DNA of 61,219 nt, the filler included, from Kipferlia bialata (taxonomy: Eukaryota), in NCBI GenBank assembly GCA_003568945.1. It is 7 parts of 5 records of this genome, joined end to end, with 100 filler letters (N's around TTAATTAATTAA, not from the genome) between each part and the next. Parts side by side here need not be neighbours in the genome. Positions count along the whole stretch, not along the records: positions 41,307 to 56,453 come from BDIP01000735.1; 6 more parts are not named here. The stretch is one strand, 5' to 3'. The notes under the pieces were generated by a model, which saw nothing but the letters and a program-made list of their open reading frames with translations, made no database searches and was not told the DNA's origin. This document shows positions 41,207-54,349 of this stretch, one piece after another. Position 1 is the stretch's first letter; each line of letters begins with the position of its first letter. A program made the translations under genes and the position numbers.

Positions 41207-41306
41207 NNNNNNNNNNNNNNNNNNNNNNNNNNNNNNNNNNNNNNNNNNNNTTAATTAATTAANNNNNNNNNNNNNNNNNNNNNNNNNNNNNNNNNNNNNN
41301 NNNNNN
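41207..41306. other. Artificial contig linker
   Basis: N44-TTAATTAATTAA-N44. Confidence 0.95.
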
Positions 41307-41903
41307 GGGGATGTTGTCATCGGCAGTCATGCCGAGGTCAAGGGCGTGGGGGAAGGTGCGGACACGGTTGGAGTCGTAGTCCTAGGGGGTGAGAGTGAGT
41401 GGAGTGATAGATAGGAGTAATAATACACCAACTGACACTACGGTATATTATGACCAATGTACAGACCATAGCGCTATACATTGCAAATGATACCAATATA
41501 AGAATAGATATGCATACATGGCACACACATCCATATACATACCTGGAGGAGAGTGGCACGCCAGTCCGCGTCGGAGGTGCCGCTGAACTTCTTGGACACA
41601 CCGGCAGTCCAGGAGAGCTCGGGGTCGGCGTTGATCATGGCAATGCGCCTGGGTGAGGGAAGGGATGCAATGTATCCATATTGTATAAGGTAGTTGCAGA
41701 GAGAGCAGTGTTAGCAATAATCATCCATGGGTGGGGGGTGGGGGGTGGGGATTAAGCACATAAGAGACAATGGAGGGTTGTGACAAATGAAAACGGTGTA
41801 TTCTATGCAACTAGACCCACAAGGTGTATCTATACCTGGCATCGTGCACAGGGGCACACAACACAAGGGCGCAGACGGCAAGAGCAACTATGAGCTTCTG
41901 CAT
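41307..41903 (-). CDS. Papain-family (cathepsin B-like) cysteine protease, signal peptide and propeptide only
   Basis: MQKLIVALAVCALVLCAPVHDAR|RIAMINADPELSWTAGVSKKFSGTS...|...MTADDNIP gives a signal peptide, the INxxxxxWxAG..F propeptide motif, and the IP that opens the mature domain at the contig end. Confidence 0.7.
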
Positions 41904-42420
41904 TCTGTTGAAGAGATGGACATCCCGTTCTCTTCCAAGGGGTATGTGACCGTGACCTCCTGACTGGGTCGGCTTCATTTTTTGACCATCAGTGTAGAAT
42001 AAAGGGTTCAGTCTTGAGAGTCAGTATTCATAGTGGGGGTAAAATTGATGTGGAGAGATTTTCAGGACGGATACGCTTGCTTTGCTTTGGTAGGTGTATG
42101 AATACACGATATATGTCTCCCACAATGTCCAATAGTTGGGATAGGGATGGGATGGATATTGACCCTTTTTCCATTTACTTTGACGTTGTCTGAATCAGCA
42201 TCGTAGGAATATTCCACACATTCCACACGATACGAGCCATAAACCTGTCTCATTAATGAACGATCCCCCAAATGCTATCCAGAAGTCCTCTTGATGGATG
42301 GTTGAGAGATGTTGACCCTATTCAACAATTTGAAGTTCATAGTTTCCATTCATCTATTTCCCCTCTCCACTCTGAGTGGACCACTCAGGTATACTGACTC
42401 TGTAGCCCTCAGTGCGGCAG

Positions 42421-43484
42421 CTACTTGATCTCCACCACCTGGGTGTCTGCGGGCACCTCGGCCTTGGGGATGGTGACGTGCAGCACCCCTCCCTCCATCT
42501 CAGCGGTCATCTGGGACCTGGGTCAGTATTAAGAATATGCATACTCAGTGTACTATGGTGGAAGTGTGGCACAGTCACTCTAGTGGGGCGGCCTTATACA
42601 TACGCACGTCGGGTAGATGTATACACATTGGTAGATACCTGTCAATGTTGCTGGGGAGTGTGAAGGAGCGGGTGAAGGAGAACTCCCTCCTCTCCCTGTA
42701 GTGGTAGGTGGGCCCCTCCTCCCCCTCCTCGTTGGTGTCCGTGGTGTCACTCTTCTGCCCGGCCTGGGGTGGGTGGGGGTGGTACAATATGGCGAGGGGG
42801 GACACGGGTAGACAGAGAGCGTCTGAAACGATATTAGAGGCAGTGCATCTGGGTATGCTACCCATATATATATATGTCATCATGCCCACCTTGATGGTCA
42901 GGACCCTCTCAGGCGACATGACTACAGAGATGTCCTCCTTGTTGACACCTAGGGGTTAGGGTGATACTGGAAGTGTAAGTGATATGCTATTGTAAACAAC
43001 TGGAGTAATGTATAGTAGGTGGATTCCCATAATGGGAGATACATGGTGTTTCACTACTAACAGTGTGTATGCGGAATGAGCTGTAGTCCCAGAGTATATA
43101 CTAGTAGTGTGATACCTAGGCAGTGCCAGACAATCAAGTAACACTGTGTGATGGTTGGATAAGGTAGAAACACCATAGAGTGGTCAAAGATCGTGTATGC
43201 AGACGGAGGAACTCTAGAAGTGTGTGCCAATAGTGTCTGTGACAAGCCCTACCTGGCAGCTCGGCTGTGAGAGCGTAAGCGTCGTCGGTCTCTGTGAGGT
43301 CACATCTGGGCATGTGGGTGGCCACCCTGTTCTCTCTCCCCCTGCCTGGGAAGGGCATGACGGAGAAGGGGTCGGCGAAGAAGGGGTCGAAGAAGTCATC
43401 CTGCCACGACATGGAAGGGAACCACCGTCCCATTCTGCCTCCCCTCTCCCCCCTGGGGTACCTAGATATCTGTCTGTCACCCAT
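42421..43484 (-). CDS. Small heat-shock protein (Hsp20/alpha-crystallin domain)
   Basis: Four exons: ...PRCDLTETDDAYALTAELPG|VNKEDISV...VLTIK|...YRERREFSFTRSFTLPSNID|...AEMEGGVLHVTIPK...VEIK-stop. Confidence 0.93.
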
Positions 43485-43660
43485 GTTCTCGGGCAGCGTG
43501 TTGCAAGAGAGGCGTGGCAGAGGGTGAGCCGAGAGTGACAGTAGATGGCGTCATAAGAGCGTCATCAGCAGTGAACAGCTAACTCAACTGGTGCTCATGG
43601 CGGTTGATACGTCTGAACGTGCGACTCTTTGGGGTGGCGGACTGCCGAATGTGTCGTCAG

Positions 43661-43692
<32 letters not shown>

Positions 43693-44175
43693 CACGCGAT
43701 TCACCCGTATTCTCTCCGCCTGCTCCCTTACATAACCCATGCACTAACTAGTTAACATAGTCTCCTTTAATGAGCTTTCAGTGCAGAAGTACGGCCAGGT
43801 TGTCAAAGTAACAGTATTCTACCAGGGATCGTGTCACTCTATATATGACAGCAATTCCTTCTGTGTTCTTGAGAAGACTGTGCTGCGGAATGAATAGTGA
43901 TGGAACACGATGAATAGTGATGGAACACGATGCAGGACATGGCATAGCCAATCTATTATCTAATTATTACACGATTCCACTAGGGTGTGGAACTAATATC
44001 TAAGGCATCCATGGACCATGGATAACTACACGATGAAGTCTACATCTAAACACTGTCAAACACTTGAACCTGGTGGGGACTGACCATAAACAACCAGTGG
44101 TAAAACCAAGGCCATTGCGTCTCTGTCATTGCATCTCACTACACTGAGAGGCAGTGAGTCGGGTCACTATCAGCC

Positions 44176-47140
44176 TCAGATGGTGAATACCGACACATCG
44201 CCTCTGGCTGAGGATACAACAAGGGCCTGGGGTCAGGGGGGGAATGGGTAAATAGTAGCAGTACTCTAGATACACCCACAACCACGTACTTGTCCTGCCA
44301 GGCTGAATGCCATGGACGTGATGACGTCGTCTCTCCTCTTGGTGTGGGAGAGACCCACTCTGGCCAGGGTGTCGGCACTTCTAACCACCACAGCCCCCCT
44401 CTTGCCTGCCAACAGCACGTGTCTGGGGTGGGAAGGGAGGATGAGGGATATATGCACTGGCAACGGGTATGGGTACCTGCCACCCGTGGACACTGTGACG
44501 GCTGTGATCGGCAGGGTCTCCACTGCTGAGTGGAGCAGGGTGCCATTGACACTGTAGAGCCTGGGGGGTGAGAGGTAGAGGGGGGGGGAGATACACTGAG
44601 ACATATGGAGAGACTGTGGAAAGTGACTCGGAAAGACACTGGGTAATGGAGAGAGAGAGACACCCTCACCTGGTTGTGCAGTCCTGGCCTGTGTGTACCA
44701 TTATGCACCCGTTGTAGAGTATCCTGACTGCCACCGGGACATGTCTACTAGGCAGCACGATGGACCGGATGTACAGGCCTGGCAGTGAGGGGGAGACGGA
44801 TGGATAGATGGATGGATGGAGACTAGCTGACTGCACAGCATAGATGTCTGTAGATGCCTCTAGCAGTACCTGACGCCAGTGCCGTCAGGATGAGCGTGCC
44901 GTCCAGACTGCCTGTCACACACAGGTCGGCACCACTGCACACATCCAGACAGACCACACCTGGGGTCAGCGTCAGAACGGATGACATTAGTGGAAGAAGA
45001 GTGCCTGGTAGACACGTATACTCCCATATACTCACACATCCTCACCCTGGTCGTGTCCACTCAGGACATGCAGGGGCTGCAGCTGGGAGGAGCTGTCTCC
45101 TGGCGACCCAGACAGGTCTGACAGACCAACACCGGCCTAGGGATCAGGGTGTACATGCATATGGGGGTGAACTAGAGTACTTGAGGCCATAGTGGTAGGA
45201 GTACACACTGTCTCCTACCTTTGTGTCACGTATGGCTACCATGCATCCATCTGTACCGGTGTCAGGGGAAAGAGCCCATACAAGAGCGGTGGTGTCCTTG
45301 GAGCCTAGGGTGAGAGAGGGTGTAGGCGCAAGAGAGAGATAGAGATAGAGGGAAAGGGAGTCTACGGACGAAACACATGATCCCACCTGTGACCAGGTAT
45401 CTGCCGTCCTCCGTGACAGCCACACACGATATCACATCTCTGTGCCTTGTCACAGCCTGTACCAACCGTCCACTCTCCACGCTGTTGGCCTGCAGAGACC
45501 CATCGAAGTGGCCCCCTGTGAAGACTACATCACCTGGGGTCAGCGGGTGTAGGCATACTGCACCACTACATACGTATCCACGAGGTATACACTCAGTGTC
45601 CCATACCCTGTGGCCTGACTGCGCAGAGCTGGACGGGTGTGTTGGGGTTGGAGAGGGACAGGATGTTGAACCCCACTAGGGGTATGCTCTTGTGCACTGT
45701 GAGGCGCATGGGCACGGGGTCAAGGCCTGGGGTGAGGAGGGAGGCACAGGGAAACATCATGGGACACACCGGGCGTACCTAGGTTGGCGTTTCCAAGGGA
45801 TATGTTGGACCCAAACCCTGAGGACACATCGACAAGGACATCCCCCGAACCACGGCCTGAGGGTGAGGGAGAGTCGGTATGTGTATAGGATACAACATTG
45901 TGGCCTGACCTCCAGATGATAGGATGCCGTCGGGAGTGAGGCTGCCGGAGAAGGGCTTGACCGAGACGGTGGAGGCTGCCTTCCCGGCCCTGGTCTGCCA
46001 CTTGAGACGGAGCAGGGTGCTGGGGGTCAGGGGGGGGGGGAGAGACACGTATAGATGAATCACATTGAATATCACATTCATATCATATGACCCCACCCGT
46101 CTGACCGTATGGCCACCATCCTCATGTTGGGCGCAGTCACTCCAGCCGTGGAGCTCGGAAGACCTGGGGGTGAGGCATGTAGCGTGTATCCTGTTTGAGT
46201 GAGGCAGATACATACCGAATAGCGCTATGAGCTTTCTGGCAGCCTCCTTCTTAGCTGCCACCACATCGGGCCCCGAGGTGTGTGCGAGGGAGGGAGACCC
46301 CGTCATGGAGTAGGGGGATATGGTGGTGGAGGGGGAGGAGACGGCAGAGGGGGAGTCGAGGGGGTCAAAGCGGGTCACCATGGAGGGGCTACGGTGGAGA
46401 GACCTGGAGTAAGGGAGGGGATGGAAATGGTGATCACACCAAAAATAGAAAGAAACACCGCGCCACCATTCCTGAGTGGGGGGTTGAACACCACAAGAGC
46501 CCGGTTGTCTCTCTCTCTCTCTCTCTCAGTCCGGCCGCTAGTGTCCTTGCTGTCCTTCTCTCTCTCCCTGAGCATCTCCCTCTCCCTGTCCCCGTCTGCG
46601 TATGCCTCCATCATCGCCTCCTCCAGCTCCGGCTTGGCCAAAGTGAAGGAGGGGGAGAGCGTGTCTGTCTGTCTGCAGGGGTGGGGGTGGTCGAACAGCA
46701 CCGCGGGGGTCTGACCAAACTCGTTGATGCGCATCACACTCGCATTCCGCATGTGCTCGTCCTGATGTCACGAGGGGCAGATAGAGGGAGAGAGAGAGAG
46801 AGAGAGAGAGAGGCAGAGACCAATCGCTGGGTACCTTGATGGCGTCGATGTTGACGTTACCCTCATACGAGTACGCAGGGTACACGTTGCATGCCTTGAG
46901 TGCCCCCTCTCCTGACTGGTTGACCCCAAAGATGAGGTCTATCCACTCGTGCAGGTGGGCAGAGACGTGTCTTGACTCCAACGCAGCTCTGTTGGTGGAT
47001 ATGAATGTCTCCGCACTCCCCTTCGCCCAGGGAGGCAGGATGACGTCCCCCAGGGCCTGTCCGTCCTGTCTGTTTCCAAACACCGTGTGGTTGTGGTTCC
47101 TCAGGAAGTCTGGCATGCAGAAGAACTCAGGGATCAGCTC
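44176..47140 (-). CDS. BEACH-WD40 protein (neurobeachin/LRBA-like), C-terminal half of BEACH plus WD repeats only
   Basis: ELIPEFFCMPDFLRN...DVILPPWAKGS...NRAALES..VSAHLHEWIDLIFG..Q.G..A..ACNVY, then INEFGQTPAVLF..PHP and WD repeats (HRDVISCVAVTEDGRYLVTGSKDTTALVW; CVTGSLDGT); ends VSVFTI-stop. Confidence 0.92.
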
Positions 47141-47660
47141 CTGAGAGTAAGGGTGGGGGGGGGGGGGGGTTGGGCGACACCAAGTTGGGGGGGAGAGGAG
47201 GAGTTGCCACACTCTCTCTGTGGTAGAAACCCATGGCAATAACCCGTTGGAATACTTATACCATGCACACCAGATACAGACTCACCCATGAATGGTGCGA
47301 TCACACGCACTGGCCCCTCCTTGTGGGCTGCAACTGCCTTGGCCACCTCGGCCATACCCACACTTGCAGACATTGGTGGTGTCCCAGTAGATACTATATA
47401 CTCCAGGTCTGGGGTCTCTGTGTATGCCCTTACTGGTCAGAATAGAAGTGAGCCGAGTGTGTCTGAGCTTCCTGAAAGAAGTCTCATATTTTTAGGTGTA
47501 CTAACTTGGATGAATCAGACTTAACTACAAGATTAAACCACTGACGGCACTTGTCATGAATGGCAGGATATTCCTGAGACTATCCGGTTTGCCACTAAAA
47601 GTGAACGCTGAAGCACAGCTCACGTCAGTCCTCACACAGCCTATTTCGCAATATAGAGTC

Positions 47661-48611
47661 ATGACCTGTGTCTCCGAGTCCGAGCATGGTGAGGAGCCTC
47701 AGGGAGCCGTTACTACTCTTTCTGAGAGTGTTCTTGAGACAGATGTAACAGTTTCAGCCGCCATTGCTGATGTTGTGGAGGAGGAGTCAAAGGTTAGAAC
47801 CCCTATGCAAGTCTAGAAGATGTCATATACCTTCTCAGTTGATCATTATCAATGTCCCTACCTCATTGTGTACGTTAGCACCCGACAAGACCTGCAATAC
47901 CTGATGTTTGTATGGATCCATTTCAATAGTCCTCAACATATCTCACCCCCAGCTGGCAGATGGCACCTTGAGACTGGGCACTGCACCCCTGGGACCCCTT
48001 CTCTTCTGGTTGTGCTTCCCCACTGCCATATCCATGAGCATCAACGTATGTGGAGAGTGACATATACTTATATCACTTGATGATATAACTTGAGACTCTC
48101 TCAGGACCTCTATCTACCTTTCTCAGCTCTCGGTACCATGTCTGGCAGACATCGTCTGCGACAGTATCTCATGACAGGCCATCTACAACCTGGCTGACTC
48201 ATTCTTCATTGGCAAGTACACTGGGACAGTGGGTCTGACTGCCATATCCCTGGCCACACCTCTGGAGAGCCTCTTTGCAACAGGTACTGCCTCTCTGTCA
48301 ATCAACAAGAAAATATATATACTAGTGAATACATTCATGCAGCAGTGCCAATCCCCTCCTCCCTACTCCTGTCCTTCTCCATAATTTGTGACTCTCTCCT
48401 GACTCTCTCTCCTGTCCCATCACCCCCAGCAATTGCCTTGGGGCTTGGAGTAGGATCTGGTGCTTTCATGTCGGTGCTCCTTGGCGAGGTACATATCCCC
48501 TTTTCCATTGTGTATATCAATTCTCAGATATGTCCTGTTTCGACACCCATCACCTCCTCACCCTTAGGGTCGGATCACTGAGGGGCGCATGCTCATGGCC
48601 CATGTCCTGTG
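47661..48611 (+). CDS. MATE-family efflux transporter, N-terminal part (runs into gap)
   Basis: Spliced ...LRLGTAPLGPLLFWLCFPTAISMSIN|AIYNLADSFFIGKYTGTVGLTAISLATPLESLFAT|AIALGLGVGSGAFMSVLLGE|GRITEG matches the MATE TM1-TM2 pattern (P..ISM...ALYNIVDS.FIG; G.G.G.....S..LG). Confidence 0.85.
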
Positions 48612-48743
48612 GTATGTATATATGTATATAGTATACATGTAGTGTATACATAGTGTTGGATGGTGTATGTCTATGAGGTGTGTTCAGTGCCACTCCCGTC
48701 ACTCAGCCCCCCCCCCCCCCCCCCCGCCCCCCACGCCCCCCCC

Positions 48744-49093
48744 NNNNNNNNNNNNNNNNNNNNNNNNNNNNNNNNNNNNNNNNNNNNNNNNNNNNNNNNN
48801 NNNNNNNNNNNNNNNNNNNNNNNNNNNNNNNNNNNNNNNNNNNNNNNNNNNNNNNNNNNNNNNNNNNNNNNNNNNNNNNNNNNNNNNNNNNNNNNNNNNN
48901 NNNNNNNNNNNNNNNNNNNNNNNNNNNNNNNNNNNNNNNNNNNNNNNNNNNNNNNNNNNNNNNNNNNNNNNNNNNNNNNNNNNNNNNNNNNNNNNNNNNN
49001 NNNNNNNNNNNNNNNNNNNNNNNNNNNNNNNNNNNNNNNNNNNNNNNNNNNNNNNNNNNNNNNNNNNNNNNNNNNNNNNNNNNNNNNNNNNNN
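48744..49093. other. Scaffold gap (350 N, no linker motif)
   Basis: Plain N run flanked by C-rich low-complexity sequence. Confidence 0.95.
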
Positions 49094-49614
49094 AAAAAAA
49101 AATGGAGAACCCCCCCCCCCCCCCCCCCCCCCCCTCTCTCTTCCGCTAACCTCACCCTCTCACAATGAATCTCAATGACTCATTGTCTCTCACACATATC
49201 CTCTCATACATACACAGAGAACACAACATATACTACCATATCAGTGTCCACACCTTGATAGTCTTCATGTACCCATCGTAGCCACCCTTCATATTGGATA
49301 GGGTATAAGAGCATGTTAGTCTACACATGTAGTGACATACTGCGTACTGGAGACCTTTAAGTGACTGTGACAAGAAAGGTTGCCTATTCGATGTCTGCCT
49401 CATTGCCCCCTACAATCATTCATCTTTGGTGTTTAAGATATATACTGAACATATTGTGTTCCCAATTCAAACACAATCAGCCATTGAAACAAATCCTTCT
49501 ATTCTATTCTTCACACAATCACTGGGTATACAATCCACATCAACACATATTATCTCTCTCCTAAAACTTCTCCTTTCTCTCTCATTCTCCACAACCGTGC
49601 CTCTAATACTACTT

Positions 49615-51826
49615 CTACTCAGCACCCGACTGCTTGCTGAAACCAGCCACTCTGGAGGTGAGAAGAGACTATTCAGTAGGGCGCATAAGAGTATCTAACA
49701 TATACTCATTCACGATAATGTATACATATGTATGGCTGTGTCCATCATGACAAGACAATTACAATTATGGTAATCAACAGCCTAAGTCTATATTACAATA
49801 CTCAAGGATACAGTAGCTACAATGTATACCTAGGTCTGGCTGTGTCCATCATGACTGCCCTCAGGTGGGTATAGTATACTAGAATATGTATATACTATTC
49901 CCAGTCAATAACACAATATTTACTAATATACTAGTTATATAATGTATATATACCTTGGTGTTGCTGTGTCCATCATGACTGCCCTCAGATAGGAAGAGTA
50001 TATATATTCCAAAATGTAAAGAAAGACCAAGTGATTAGTACAATACATTACTTAGAGATATAGTAATAGTCATCTTTATATACCTAGGCGTAGCTGTGTC
50101 CATCATGACTGCCCTCAGGTGGGCGTCATTGTAACGGCTCCTGAGGGTCAGAAGTAACAAGAGCACACTATGAACGATATAGACCTCAGCACGAATATCT
50201 CTGCAATCACCACTGCCACGTCATTTTCAATATAATCGGAGAGGGGTATATGTATATACTGGTATACATGGGTGTATATAACTAAATATACTTAAATGCA
50301 TTAGTATATACCTCAAGACGAAGGCCTCTGCGATTAAGACAGCTACGTCGTCCTCTGTGTAGTCGGAGAGGGGTGGGTTCTGGAGCAGCATCAGGAACTG
50401 CATGTAGGGCAGGGGGGTAATCTCGGGAGACAATCTGAGGTCAGGATACATATGGTAGTATTAAGACAGTTGTACATAAACAACGTACAACATCAGGAAC
50501 TACATGTAGGGGTTTAATGGCAAGGGATGACCTTGGTTTGAGATATGTAATGACACCCATATATATAGTATCACTGAAACTGTGCATCGTACTTAGGAGT
50601 AACAAAGTGTAACGATACTGTTGATTCATACACATACCTGAGGAGCAGTGCCGCACAGACATAGACATGTAACTGGGCCACTGAGGGTGAGACAAATATA
50701 GAGAATGAGAGAGAGAGAGAGAGATACCTACCTGGGCTCTGGACACAGTGTCATGGACAATATTCAAATATATACAGAACCCTACACATATCAGCATGAA
50801 ATACTATCATATATATCATATATGTACCTGGGCTCTGCACTATGAGGGCATCGGTCACATTCATTGAAACATCTAATTCTAAACATATATCCAAATGAAG
50901 GATATATGAATACAATTCCATTGTATATATATATATTTCTCTACCTGGGCTCTGCACTATGAGGGCATCGGTCACAATCATTGAAACATACAAGTATCTA
51001 CATATATATATAGAGAGAGACACTGTCATTGTATACACATGTATATGTATACATATATATGTACCTGGGCTCTGCACTATGAGGGCATCGGTCACAGTGT
51101 CATGGGAGGCTGGGGGTGAGAATAGTGTAATCATAACAATATGTACATGATAGTACACATACACTCATAATATCATACGTATATGTATATACATGCGTCC
51201 ATTCAATACCTTGGAACACCCCCGACTGGCTGAGGTCCTGGCTCTGGGACAGGCCATACTCGGAGAAGTAGCTGATGTAAGGGTATGTATGAAAAGAGAG
51301 TGATGGAGAGAGGGTAGTTGCTCATATACGTAAGTAGGGGGAGATATAGGATCGGTGGACGAGCGCGATGGTGTGAGAGAGATGATGATACAGACTGAGA
51401 GTGAGTACACACCTGTCAAAGAGTCTGGGCAGTGTGCTGGGTGGTAGTTCTCTGGTCAGGAAACATCCACACCACCTGGGGGTAAGTATTAGTATAAGTA
51501 ATACATACACATAAAGTACTTACATATTACAATGAAACCTAGCAGCAGGTATGGTAAGTGTCCAAAGAGTTTTGAGGGAATACGAAAATTGAGAAGACTC
51601 CTTACCTGATTGCAAAGTCTGATAACCGTGCGCCCTCCTCCTGGAGATGCCTGTGGTGAGGGTTTCTCTATATATATATTTTATATACTATATTAAATAT
51701 ATATATTTATATATATCACCGACATACGTAATAAGGCAAGGAATGAGGATATGTCAACAAACACTCAATATCTATACTACACACCTTGATGAAGCTGGAT
51801 CAGCTGCCACCACTATGATCTCCAGC

Positions 51827-51859
<33 letters not shown>

Positions 51860-53080
51860 CAGATCTACTAATAAACAATACTAGTATACACTACCTAGAT
51901 AGAGCTGGGTCAGCTGCCACCACTATGGACTCCAGCCTGACCACCATGTGCTGCAGCATGGGTTGGCCCTCAGTGTAGATGTCTGGTATTAATATTGAAT
52001 ATATATATATATATATGAATGTATATATATAGATATAGATAGAGAGAGAAGGATCATATGTGCTGCAGCAAGGGCTGACCCTCGGTGTAGATGTCTGATA
52101 GTAAGGGTGTAGAGGGAGAGAAAGAAATACTGTGTACTGCAGCATCCGTCGACAGTGCATCACTACATACACCTACCCTTTTATCAATTTACATAGATAT
52201 CCTATATGCTACATACCTTGCACACTGCTGAGGAATGGACACAGCATGGAGCATGCCCTGGCCTCCAGTCTGAGGAGAGTAGTCCCTGAGGTCAGTATAT
52301 ATATACAATATGCACACTATATGATAGTTACACTATAAATAGTAGCGTCGTACCAGACAGTGCCCTAGCATTATCATCGTGCACATCAATGACAGAGGCC
52401 TCTCTCTCCCCCACCCTCTCAGAGCTCTCAGTGGCACCAAACTCCTCCACTCTCTCTCCTTCTGCTAGAGATGGTGAGGACAACAGGGCGATGAGAATGG
52501 GCATCAACAGGTCTAACATGCCCTGGACATACCCAGCAGCAGGGTGCCTGGGAATTAGGGGTGTGGAGGGGGAGAGAGAGATAAAGAGAGAGAGGGGGGG
52601 AGGGAGGAGATCCATATCACCCTCAACATACATCCAGATCCGATTCTATAGAGGGAGAGTGATTCACTGCTATTGCACTGCTATTAATGACTCTTACCTA
52701 GCTGCCCACACCAGCATGATCCGCACCAGCATGCGCTGCATCTCTGGCAGTGAGGGTGTAGAAGGAGAGAGGGAGAGAGAGAGTTATGGTCAGGATATGG
52801 ATATCATGTATTAATAATGCAATTAATGTCATATACCATGGGGGGAGAAAAGGAACGCGACATACTGAAGAGATGGAAACATTGTGTAGGACGAGAGTAT
52901 ATGGATATGTATATATATATATCCATGCATACCTGGTCTGGACAGGTATGTTCTGCCTGCTGTCCTGGGGACATCCACTATGACCTGGGGGTGGGTATAT
53001 ACACTATAATGGAATATATATAAATATATATATAAAAGAGAAAGTGAGATATTGCTGTCCTGGGGATATCCACTATGGCC

Positions 53081-53114
<34 letters not shown>

Positions 53115-53808
53115 AAGTAGATATACTATATATATATGTATACATCTAGATATACTCTTACTATTACTCTCTTACTCACACATATATCGAGTGGCCAATA
53201 CCTATGTGTTCAGCCTCTTCTATAGTTATATATATATATATATATATGTAACTATATAGCACACTGTACCTGTCTGATCAGCCTCTTCTATAGTTGAAAT
53301 GTAAGCATATACACAACTGTATATATACATATATACAGCATCAAATACATATACATATAGGTATTATGAATACTGCACCTGTCTGATCAGCCTCTTCTAT
53401 AGTTGTAAGGTAAGTAGATACACAACTGTATATATACATATATACAGCATCAAATGTATATATATATGAATTATGAATACTGTACCTGTCTGATCAGCCT
53501 CTTCTATAGTTGTATATATATATATATATATATGTAACTATATAGCAGACTGCACCTGTCTGATCAGCCTCTTCTTGCCCGGGTCTGCACTGGCGGCATA
53601 GTCCTCTGCCGCACCAGCACCCTCTCCCTTTTCTCTCTCTCTCTCTCCCTCAGCCCCAGACACACTCTCACCCAGCTGACTGTTGCTCTCTCTCTCCCTC
53701 TCTCTCTCCATCTCTCTCTCCCTATCTGTCTGTAGACCAGGTAATGGGGTGGTCAGCCTACAGATGCGCTGGAGGTACGCATGGCCCTCTGGGTGTCAGA
53801 ATATGTGT

Positions 53809-53846
<38 letters not shown>

Positions 53847-54312
53847 ATACCTGGTGCCGCTCTCTGCAGTGTCCTGAGGTACTCTCTCTCCATGGAGGGG
53901 TAGTCAACGTCATAGGACTCCTGTGATAAGATGAACAGACAGGTATACACATATATATCCACAGACAGGGAGAGAGATAAGTAGTAATGGAGCGGTAGTC
54001 AACGTCATAGGACTCCTGTGATTAGATGTATATACATACAATAAGGTCCATAATACATCGAGAGACATTCAGAGAGAGAGAGAGAGGAGTAGTAATGAGG
54101 AGGGGTACTCTTCGTCATAGGACTCCTAAGGTAAGACCTCTGCAAATAATCTACTTACAAATGAATGTAAGTGATAATGCACATGTATGTGTATATATAC
54201 CTGCAGTATCAGCCTCTCCCAGACATCTGCCCTGAGTGTGGCCGGGACACCCTTCCAGGCCAACTTGGCCAGGGAGGGGAGGGAGACAGGGGACTGGGGT
54301 GAGAACGAGTAT

Positions 54313-54349
<37 letters not shown>

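Noticed and set aside
43889..43932. 20-bp tandem duplication ATGAATAGTGATGGAACACG (similar 26-bp tandem at ~2300-2356)
   Set aside because: Simple local duplications with no evident function.
48660..49178. ORFs spanning the N gap
   Set aside because: Artefacts of translating Ns.
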